35,263 nt of DNA, taken from the NCBI GenBank assembly GCA_038320275.1, contig JBBQEB010000018.1:1-35263 (forward strand). Direction: 5' to 3'. Below are positions 15,603 to 22,947 of the stretch, one piece after another (the first letter of the stretch is position 1; each line of letters opens with the position of its first letter). The stretch is from Myxococcales bacterium. GTDB taxonomy: Bacteria; Myxococcota; Myxococcia; Myxococcales; Anaeromyxobacteraceae. The notes beneath the pieces were generated by a model, which ran no database searches, had not been told where the DNA came from, and saw nothing but the letters and a program-made list of their open reading frames with translations. The position numbers and the translations under genes were made by a program.

Positions 15603-17504
15603 GTGAAGCTCGACACCCGCGACACGCCTCCACCGGACGAATCCGCAGCCCCTCTGGTGCCCGCCGAGGCGCCCGTCTCGCGTCTCGAGGGCGCGGTGGT
15701 GGGCGTCCTCCTCCTCGCCATGGTGGCCCTCCCGGCGGGTGAAACGCTCAGCCGACGGTTCTTCGGCAGGGGCATCCCCGGGTCGGCCATCCTGGTCCAG
15801 CACCTCACGCTCTGGGTGGGATTCCTGGGGGCGCTGCTCGCAACCGGCGCCGACCGCCACCTGGCGCTCTCCACGGTGGAGGCGATCCCGGCCGGCTGGC
15901 CGCGGCGCGGCGCTCGGGTCCTCTCGCGCATGGTGTCGGCCGCCGTCTGCGCGCTGTTCGCCTACGCCTCGATGAAGCTCGTCGGCGCCGAGCGAGGCTC
16001 CGATCGGACGCTCCCCTTCGGCATCCCCTTCTGGTGGAGCGAGCTCATCATGCCGGTCGCCAGCGCGCTCATGGCGATCCGCTTCGCCTGGCGCACGCCG
16101 GCCACGAGGTATCGCTGGGCCGACCGCGCCCTCGCCTTTGGCGCCATCGCCGTCGCCTTCGGACTGGGGGCGCTCACGCCCACCGGCTGGCTGGTGCAGC
16201 TCATCCTCATCGTGGTGGGCTTCGCGTTCCTGCTGGGAGCGCCGGTGTTCGTGGTCATGGCGGGCGTCGCCATGGCCCTCTTCTTCCGGGACGGCACCCC
16301 CATCGCCGCGGTGCCCACCAACACCTTCGGCCTCGTCACGAGCTCCACCCTTCCAGCCATCCCGCTCCTCACCGTGGCCGGCTACGTCCTCGCCGAGGGC
16401 GGCTCGGCGCGGCGGCTGGTCCGGGCCTACAAGGGCTTCTTCGGGTGGATGCCGGGCGGCATCGCCATCATGGCGACCTTCGTCTGCGCCATCTTCACCA
16501 CCTTCACCGGCGCCTCCGGCGTCACCATCCTCGCGCTGGGCGGCCTCATCCTCCCCTCTCTCCTGGAGGAGGGCTACCCGGAGGGCTTCTCGGTGGGGCT
16601 CGTCACCGCGGCGGGCTCGCTGGGGCTGCTCTTCCCGCCTTCACTCCCGGTCATCCTCTACGGGGTGGTGGCGCAGGTCCCCATCGACCACCTCTTCATC
16701 GGCGGGCTGGTGCCGGGCCTGCTCATGATCCTGCTCGTCGCGGGGTACGGCATCTACGTGGGCGTGCGGGCCAAGGCGCCGCGCCAGACCTTCAAGCCCA
16801 GGGAAGCGGCGGCCGCCATCTGGGACGCCAAGTGGGACCTGGGACTTCCCACCATCGTCATCGTCGCCATCGGCACCGGATACGCGACGGTGGTGGAGGC
16901 CTCGGCTCTGGGCGTCGCCTACGCGTTGCTGGTCGAGATGGCCGTCTTCCGCGACCTGTCGGTGAAGTCGCTCCCGAGCGTGCTGGGACATGCGGCCACG
17001 CTGGTGGGCGCGGTGGTCATCCTCCTCGGCGTCGCGCTCGGCCTCACCAACTGGCTCGTCGATGCGGAGATCCCCACCCGCCTGGTGGCGTGGATGACGA
17101 CGCACGTGAAGAGCCCGGCGCTCTTCCTCCTCGCGCTCAACGTGGCGCTGCTGGTGCTGGGGAGCGTGCTCGAGATCTACTCCCCCATCAACGTGCTGTC
17201 GCCGCAGGTGGCACCGCTCGGCGTTGCGTACGGCATCGAGCCCATCCACCTGGGGGTGGTCTTCCTCGCCAACCTCGAGCTCGGGTTCCTCTTCCCGCCC
17301 ATGGGCCTCAACCTCTTCCTGGCGGCCTCGCGCTTCAAGAAACCTCTTCCCTACCTCTACAAGCGCGCCTTCCCCTTCCTCGTCATCATGTCGATCGGCG
17401 TCCTGCTCATCACTTACATGCCTGCCATCACGACGGGCGTGGTGCGCGCGGTGAAGGGCGAGCGGCCCCCGGCGGCGGCGACGCGCAGCGACGACGCCAA
17501 GTAG
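15603..17504 (+). CDS. Fused TRAP permease (DctQ-DctM)
   Basis: DctQ part 'QHLTLWVGFLGALLAT...RHL'; DctM part 'AIPLLTVAG', 'FTGASG', 'GSLGLLFPPS', 'PIHLGVVFLANLELG..PPMGLNLF'. Start approximate (GTG 15603). Confidence 0.92.
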   Translation: MKLDTRDTPPPDESAAPLVPAEAPVSRLEGAVVGVLLLAMVALPAGETLSRRFFGRGIPGSAILVQHLTLWVGFLGALLATGADRHLALSTVEAIPAGWPRRGARVLSRMVSAAVCALFAYASMKLVGAERGSDRTLPFGIPFWWSELIMPVASALMAIRFAWRTPATRYRWADRALAFGAIAVAFGLGALTPTGWLVQLILIVVGFAFLLGAPVFVVMAGVAMALFFRDGTPIAAVPTNTFGLVTSSTLPAIPLLTVAGYVLAEGGSARRLVRAYKGFFGWMPGGIAIMATFVCAIFTTFTGASGVTILALGGLILPSLLEEGYPEGFSVGLVTAAGSLGLLFPPSLPVILYGVVAQVPIDHLFIGGLVPGLLMILLVAGYGIYVGVRAKAPRQTFKPREAAAAIWDAKWDLGLPTIVIVAIGTGYATVVEASALGVAYALLVEMAVFRDLSVKSLPSVLGHAATLVGAVVILLGVALGLTNWLVDAEIPTRLVAWMTTHVKSPALFLLALNVALLVLGSVLEIYSPINVLSPQVAPLGVAYGIEPIHLGVVFLANLELGFLFPPMGLNLFLAASRFKKPLPYLYKRAFPFLVIMSIGVLLITYMPAITTGVVRAVKGERPPAAATRSDDAK

Positions 17505-17512
17505 CGCGCAGA

Positions 17513-19258
17513 TCACTCCGGCGGGCAGAACCTCACCGAGAAGGACCCCACCAGTTCCTCGGGATCGGGGCAGGGCATCGGCCCGCGGACTTGCGTCCAC
17601 CGCACCCCCGCCTCGGTGAGCCGGACGCCCACCGCCTCGAACCGGTCGAGCTCGACCCGCACCGGCTCCCGCGCCGCGCGCATGCGGTCGAGCTGACGCT
17701 CCAGGGCGCGCTGCTCCCAGTCGTTGCGCGTGAAGTGGCTGACGCCCACGACCCCCACGTTCACCGCCAGCGCGAGGAGCACCGCGGCGCCTATCCAGCG
17801 CGCGCCCCTGCGCCCCGGGGTCGACAGCGGAGCGAGCGCGAGCACCAGGGGAACGAGCCAGAGCTGCGGGGCGAAGCGCGCCCACCACCCCTCGGCAGTG
17901 ACGAGGACGGTGGCGAGGATGGCGGCCGCGAGAAGCAGCGCCACGGCGGCCGCACGCCGGCGGGCGAGCGCCACCGCCGCGATCGACAGCACGAGCGCGC
18001 CGCTGAAGAAGGGGCCGAAGCCGCCCAGCCGGACGTCGGGGGCGTGGAACTTCGTCGCCTCGTCGCCCATCAGCGTGAACGGCACCTTGAGCTGCCACCC
18101 CGACTCGATCCGGCTCGCCGACACCGCAAAGATCGACCGGCCCAGCCGCCCGAAGCGGGTCATCCCGGCGAACGCCTCCGGCCGCGAGGTCCGCACGATG
18201 TCCTGACCGCGTGGACCCGCCACCGGGTAGAAGGGGTGGCCGAAGTGCAGGGTGTTGGTGACGTACGGGTTCCACCCCGGCCCGAGCACCGACAGCGCCA
18301 CCGCCGCGGCCCCGACGAGCCCGAGCGCCGCACCGGCCCGGCGGTCCCACGCGAGGAGCGCCGCCGCCGCCGCGATGGCCCACGCCAGGACGGCGTAGGG
18401 GACCCCGGTGAGCTTGACGCTGGCGAGCACGATCGTCGCCGCCACCATGCCCAGGAGCGGGACGAGGCCGCCGCGCAGGACGAGGAGCCCGGCCAGCGCC
18501 AGGAAGGCCGTGAGGAGCGCGCCCACCTGCCCATCCACGTAGAAGCTGAAGGCCTGGCAGACGGCGACCGGGTTCAGGGCCGCGAGGAGCGCGCAGGCCG
18601 CCGCCGCCCCGGCGCTCAGGGAGGTGAGGGCGAGCAGCGCAGCGAGGACGGCCAGGAACGCGGCGGCGCCGAGCGCGAGGCCCTGGAGCTTGGCGCGCTC
18701 CAGCCCCCCGCCCAGCCGGTCGATGGCGGCCGCCACGGTCCAGCTTCCCTTCGCCATGTTCGTCACGAAGTCATGGCTGGTGAACGTCGCCGGGGCGGCG
18801 TAGGCGCGGAGAGGGTTCCAGCCGCGAGCGAGCTCGATCACCGCTTCCTGGTGGTACGTCTGACCGTCCCAGGTCACGTCGCGTCGCGTGCCGGCGGCGA
18901 GGAAGGCGCCGCCCCAGGCGCCCGCGGCGATGAGGAGCGCGACCCCCCCGGCGATCGACTCGCGCCGGCTCTCCCGCCGCGCCTCGCCGCGGACCTCCTT
19001 CGTTCCCAGCGACCAGGCGATCCCGTCACCCGCCTCCACACGGTCGAGAGCCGCGGCCTCCGCCGAGGGGCGGAGCCGGCCCAGCGCGACTGCGCAGGAC
19101 CCGAGCGCGCCCACGAACAGGCACCACGCGCCCACCGGTTTGCCGAGCGCGAAGCCGGCCGTGGCGGCCAGCAGCGCCAGCGCCGGAAGGGTGACGATCG
19201 CGACCGCCGCGCGGCTCGCGACGTCGATGAGCGTGGCACGGACGTCAACCTTCCTCAT
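17513..19258 (-). CDS. Multi-pass membrane protein, GT-C glycosyltransferase-like
   Basis: About 12-13 hydrophobic segments; loop 'DVTWDGQTYHQ', 'FYVDG', 'ASVKLTG', 'GHPFYP', 'WWARF' resembling GT-C patterns. ATG 19258 overlaps the upstream gene by 14 nt. Confidence 0.6.
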   Translation of the reverse strand: MRKVDVRATLIDVASRAAVAIVTLPALALLAATAGFALGKPVGAWCLFVGALGSCAVALGRLRPSAEAAALDRVEAGDGIAWSLGTKEVRGEARRESRRESIAGGVALLIAAGAWGGAFLAAGTRRDVTWDGQTYHQEAVIELARGWNPLRAYAAPATFTSHDFVTNMAKGSWTVAAAIDRLGGGLERAKLQGLALGAAAFLAVLAALLALTSLSAGAAAACALLAALNPVAVCQAFSFYVDGQVGALLTAFLALAGLLVLRGGLVPLLGMVAATIVLASVKLTGVPYAVLAWAIAAAAALLAWDRRAGAALGLVGAAAVALSVLGPGWNPYVTNTLHFGHPFYPVAGPRGQDIVRTSRPEAFAGMTRFGRLGRSIFAVSASRIESGWQLKVPFTLMGDEATKFHAPDVRLGGFGPFFSGALVLSIAAVALARRRAAAVALLLAAAILATVLVTAEGWWARFAPQLWLVPLVLALAPLSTPGRRGARWIGAAVLLALAVNVGVVGVSHFTRNDWEQRALERQLDRMRAAREPVRVELDRFEAVGVRLTEAGVRWTQVRGPMPCPDPEELVGSFSVRFCPPE

Positions 19259-21011
19259 GCGCTCGCTCCAGTTCCCTCGCGAAGGGATCGTCCGCCCCGG
19301 CCAGCACGCAGACGTGAAGCCCGTCGAGCTCCCCGCAGCGAACCCCGGAGACGGCGCGAAAGCGCGGGAGCTCGGCGGGGGAGACGACGTAGATCGTCCT
19401 CCGCCGCACGACACCCGCCTCGACCTCGCGCCGCCATCCCTCGCAGGCGCGGTCGGAGGCGGGGCCGTTCACCCGCGCCAGATAACCGCTGTTCACCGGC
19501 ACCCCCAACCGATAGGCGACGAAGGCCGCCGGCGCCCAGGCGTCGATGGCGAAGCTCCCGTCCCTGCAGCCGACGTCCGCACCGAAGATGTTGGGCGGGT
19601 AGACGGCCACCGCGTCGTACCGGCCAGCGGCGCTCTCCCACGCAGCCGCACGCGGCCAGCGCACCGTTCCGTCGAAGAGGCCGCTGCGCGTCGCCGGGAT
19701 GAGGTCCACCGCCTGCAGGGCGACGCCAGCCGCCAGGAGGGCCGTGGCCAAGCGTCGCGAAGGGGCGAGCGCCGCCACCCCACAGGCGCCTCCCGCGAGC
19801 AGGAGGTGATGCAGCGGCCAGGCGAAGCGGCCCGAGGCGCGGAGCGGCCCGGTGACGTTCATCAAGTGCTGGTAGAACGGGTACAGGTCGGCGACGGCGC
19901 GCCCGGCCACGGTCACCCGGCGCGAGAGAGCGTAGGCGAAGAGCAGCCCGCTCGCGGCGAGCGCCCATCGGATGCGCACCCGGGCGGCAGGCCCGACACG
20001 CCGGGGCGAGCGGGCGAGGAGGAGCCCGGCCGCGATGGAGAGAGCGAGGCCTCCGGCGCCCAGCCAGGCGAAGCCCTCCACCTGACCGCCCGCTGCTCCG
20101 AGGCCCCCGCGCAGCAGCCACGACCGGTTCATGGGATCCACCAGCGCGAGCAGATCGGACGACAGCTCGCCGAAGCCGGTGACCACCCCCGGCACACCGG
20201 TGAGCTCGCCGAAGAGGACGAACAGCGCGGCGGGGGCGGCGAGGAGGAGCGCCGCGGCCTGCGCCAGCGCGCGGCCGCGGAGGAGCCGCTCGCGCGCGAG
20301 CCGCAGGAGGAGCGCCGCGCCGAGGACGAAGCTCATGGCGGCGAGGTACGGGTGGACGCCGGCGGCGAAGGCGACCAGCACCACCGCGCCCCGGGAAGCC
20401 CGCCGCGCGGCGCCCGCGTCGGGCACCGGGCGCAGGAGGAGGAAGAGCCCGGCGAGGAGGACGAAGTGCGCGCAGAGGGTGTCGTGCGCGACGCGCCAGG
20501 CGAGCGCGGGCGAGAGCGCGACCAGCGCTCCGCCCAGGGCGCGATGCTCCGGGGCGGACGAGGCGAGACCGACCAGCCTCGCCCCCACCCAGCCCTGCAG
20601 CGCGAAGCAGAGCGCGAGCCAGAGCCCCACGTACTGGAACGTCTCCGGCAGGAGCGGCGAGAGGAGCTTTCCGGCCACCGCGAGCCAGGGGTTGGCGTCG
20701 GTCATGGCGACCGTGCCGCCCACCGGCCAGGCGTAGTTCGAGAGCGCGCCGACCGGCAGCGCCCAAGGCGCGCGCCGGAAGAAGAGCCAGCCCAGGATGT
20801 GCTGCGGCCAGTCGCCCTGAGCGAAGTCGAGCCGGGTGGGAGAGAGCGCGCGCCCGCCCCCCAGCGCGAGGAGACAGGCGAGGCCCGCGCAGGCGGCGAG
20901 GAGCTCGGGCCCGCGCGCGGGCAGGCTGCTCCTCGCCCACCGTGCCAGCCTGTCTTCGGGCGAGGCGGGCGAGGCGGGCGCGTCGGGCGCCGCGGCGGGA
21001 GAGCGCTCCAT
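19245..21011 (-). CDS. DUF6311-like multi-pass membrane protein (YfhO/GT-C-like)
   Basis: 'GDWPQHILGWLFFR...WALPVG', 'TDANPWLA', 'FQYVGLW', 'VHPYL', 'EGFAWLG', 'RASGRFAWP', 'NSGYLAR'. Confidence 0.72.
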   Translation of the reverse strand: MERSPAAAPDAPASPASPEDRLARWARSSLPARGPELLAACAGLACLLALGGGRALSPTRLDFAQGDWPQHILGWLFFRRAPWALPVGALSNYAWPVGGTVAMTDANPWLAVAGKLLSPLLPETFQYVGLWLALCFALQGWVGARLVGLASSAPEHRALGGALVALSPALAWRVAHDTLCAHFVLLAGLFLLLRPVPDAGAARRASRGAVVLVAFAAGVHPYLAAMSFVLGAALLLRLARERLLRGRALAQAAALLLAAPAALFVLFGELTGVPGVVTGFGELSSDLLALVDPMNRSWLLRGGLGAAGGQVEGFAWLGAGGLALSIAAGLLLARSPRRVGPAARVRIRWALAASGLLFAYALSRRVTVAGRAVADLYPFYQHLMNVTGPLRASGRFAWPLHHLLLAGGACGVAALAPSRRLATALLAAGVALQAVDLIPATRSGLFDGTVRWPRAAAWESAAGRYDAVAVYPPNIFGADVGCRDGSFAIDAWAPAAFVAYRLGVPVNSGYLARVNGPASDRACEGWRREVEAGVVRRRTIYVVSPAELPRFRAVSGVRCGELDGLHVCVLAGADDPFARELERAHEEG

Positions 21012-21023
21012 CGCGAGACGAGG

Positions 21024-21752
21024 CTACTCCGGCCGCGCTTCGCGCGGGCGCCATTCGCGCAGGGCAAAGATGGCGAACGTCACCGCCCAGGCGCCCAGCA
21101 CGTCGATGGCGTAGTGCATCCGGGCGAGGAGCACGCTCAAGACCACCACCGCGTGTCCGCAGAGCGCGAGAAGGCGAAGCCTGGGGCGCGGCCACAGGTA
21201 GAGGACGAGGAGGAAGGTCGTGGCGGTGTGGCCGGAGAAGAAGAGGTCCTTGGTGAGGTACGCCTGCGCGCTGCCGTGGCCGAAGACCGCCCACGGCGAG
21301 ACGAGCTCGAGCCAGGCCTGGAAGGGCGGGCGCCCGCCCAGTCCTTGCCCGACGCTCACGGGGTCGGGTGGGCCGAGGCCGGTGAGGGCGATGGTGAGGC
21401 CGCGGGCGAGTGAGACGAGGCCGCCCGTCACCATGTAGCGGGCCCAGCGGCGGGGCTCGGCGGCCAGGAAGGCGAGGGCGAGCGGCAGGTACACCGCCAG
21501 CCACAGGAGGTAGTTCGCGCGCGCGGCGACCTCGACGTAGGGCAGCGCGCCGAGCACGAGGTCGGGGAGCGCTCCCGGGGCGGGGCGACGCTCGGCCCAC
21601 ACCGCCGCTGCGGTCATGAGGCCGTAGCAGGCTGCGCGGAACGCGGCCGCGCCGGCGAGGAGCCCGGCGAGGCGCAGGGTGAAGGCCGCCGGCGCGAGGG
21701 GTCGGGGCGCGGGGCCGAGCCGCGGTCTTTCAGCGCGCGCGGGCGCGCTCAC
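21024..21752 (-). CDS. Sphingomyelin/IPC-synthase-like PAP2-superfamily phosphotransferase
   Basis: GTG 21752 in a GTGA overlap; about 6 TM; 'LPDL', 'KDLFFSGHT', 'HYAIDV', matching SMS D1/D3/D4 motifs; no KxxxxxxRP phosphatase motif. Confidence 0.75.
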   Translation of the reverse strand: MSAPARAERPRLGPAPRPLAPAAFTLRLAGLLAGAAAFRAACYGLMTAAAVWAERRPAPGALPDLVLGALPYVEVAARANYLLWLAVYLPLALAFLAAEPRRWARYMVTGGLVSLARGLTIALTGLGPPDPVSVGQGLGGRPPFQAWLELVSPWAVFGHGSAQAYLTKDLFFSGHTATTFLLVLYLWPRPRLRLLALCGHAVVVLSVLLARMHYAIDVLGAWAVTFAIFALREWRPREARPE

Positions 21753-22711
21753 GCCGGCGCGCGTTCCGGCAGCGTGCCGTGCAGCGGCGTATTCTCCGCG
21801 GACGTCCCGTGCAGTGGCGTGCTCTCCGCTGACGTGCTCTCCGAAGCGAGAGCGCGCGGCGCCGCACCCTCCGGGTCGGAAGCCTGGGGCAAGAGCCCCA
21901 GCAGCCGGGCGGCGCGCGGCTTCACGCCGGCGGCCCGGAGGAGCTCCTTCAGCCTGGACTCGGCCTCTGCTCCCCGCGCCCGCACCTTGCGACCCAGGAG
22001 CAATTCGTTCTTCTGCGCGTGCTCCCAGCCGGTGAGCTCGGTCACGGTGACCGCGTAGCCGCTCGCCTCCAGCGCGAGCGCGCGCACCACGTTGGTGAGG
22101 TGCGAGCCGAACTCGCGCCGGTGCCAGGGGTGCTCGAAGAGCGCGGACAGCACGGGCGACGGCGCGGCGCGCTCGAGCTGGCGCGCGACCTCGGCCTGGC
22201 AGCAAGGCACCAGCGCGACGTGGTCCGCGCCGTGCCGCACGGCCAGGGCGAGCGCGTCGTCGGTGGCGGTGTCGCAGGCGTGCAGCGCAGTCACGAGGTG
22301 CACCCTCTCCGGCAACTCGGCCGCGTCGAGCTCGGCGGTGACGAAGCGGAGCCGCGCGTAACCGAGGCGCTGGGCCCGCTCGCGCGCCGCCTGCGCCAGC
22401 TCCGGGCGCGACTCCACCGAGACGATGGTGCCCTTGCCGGCCGGGCCGATGAAGAGCTCGTGCAGGATGAAGCCCAGGTATCCCTTCCCCGCCCCGCAGT
22501 CGACGATGACAGGGTCTCCGAAGCGGGCGAGCACGTCTTCCACCGCGGGGGCGAGCAGCCGCACCAGGTGGTTCACCTGCTTCAGCTTGCGCAGGCTGTC
22601 CGCGTTGAGGTCGCCCGCCCGCGTGAGGAGGTGCAGCTGCTGGAGGAGCGCCTTCGACTGCCCAGGGAGCAGCTCGCGAGCGACGGCGGGAGCCTTGAGC
22701 TGTCGGCGCAT
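21749..22711 (-). CDS. Class I SAM-dependent methyltransferase (Methyltransf_32-like)
   Basis: 'RKLKQVNH', 'VDCGAGKGYLGF', 'ALHACDTATDDAL', 'VPCCQ'. Confidence 0.9.
   Translation of the reverse strand: MRRQLKAPAVARELLPGQSKALLQQLHLLTRAGDLNADSLRKLKQVNHLVRLLAPAVEDVLARFGDPVIVDCGAGKGYLGFILHELFIGPAGKGTIVSVESRPELAQAARERAQRLGYARLRFVTAELDAAELPERVHLVTALHACDTATDDALALAVRHGADHVALVPCCQAEVARQLERAAPSPVLSALFEHPWHRREFGSHLTNVVRALALEASGYAVTVTELTGWEHAQKNELLLGRKVRARGAEAESRLKELLRAAGVKPRAARLLGLLPQASDPEGAAPRALASESTSAESTPLHGTSAENTPLHGTLPERAPA
21777..21843. repeat. In-frame 30-bp tandem repeat (two copies plus a fragment)
   Basis: ccgtgcagcggcgtattctccgcggacgtc / ccgtgcagtggcgtgctctccgctgacgtg (25/30 identical); encodes TSAE[S/N]TPLHG twice. 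Confidence 0.9.
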
Positions 22712-22814
22712 GGTGCGCTGTACCTTAACCGGGGCCTCGGGATGCGCGGGGGAGGGCAAAGGACGAACGGGACGCTCCGGAGGGCGCAGACTCGTTCAGC
22801 TGCACGCGACGGGA

Positions 22815-22945
22815 GGGGTCCCAGCGAAGCTGGGGAGGGCAGAGCCCTCCAGGCAGGGACAGCGCCGCGCAGCGGCGCATGGGCCCCTGCGAGCGGGGTG
22901 GGCCCCCAGTCCAGCTCCGCTGGCTGGGGCGGGGCGCAGCCCCGC
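22815..22945. repeat. REP/MITE-like multi-hairpin element
   Basis: Five consecutive GC stems with 3-nt loops: CCCAGC-GAA-GCTGGG, GGAGGGC-AGA-GCCCTCC, GCGCCGC-GCA-GCGGCGC, CCCCAG(T)CCAGC-TCC-GCTGGCTGGGG, GCGGGGC-GCA-GCCCCGC. Confidence 0.7.
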
Positions 22946-22947
22946 TA

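Noticed and set aside
16034..19702. 1222-aa ORF and other long alternative-frame ORFs (3860-6535, 8909-10774, 18888-21413, 19255-21600, 22796-24652, 31421-33295)
   Set aside because: Arg/Ala/Pro/Gly-rich or antisense shadows of well-supported genes, expected at this GC content; no recognisable motifs.
21777..21843. 30-bp repeats as a CRISPR array
   Set aside because: Copies are adjacent with no spacers, lie in frame within a CDS, and no cas genes are present.
22753..22782. AGGGCAAA...GGGACGC..TCCGG resembling a c-di-GMP-I (GEMM) riboswitch
   Set aside because: No GAAA-capped P2 stem, no AAAGC junction, and antisense to both flanking genes. An Rfam/Infernal search would settle it.
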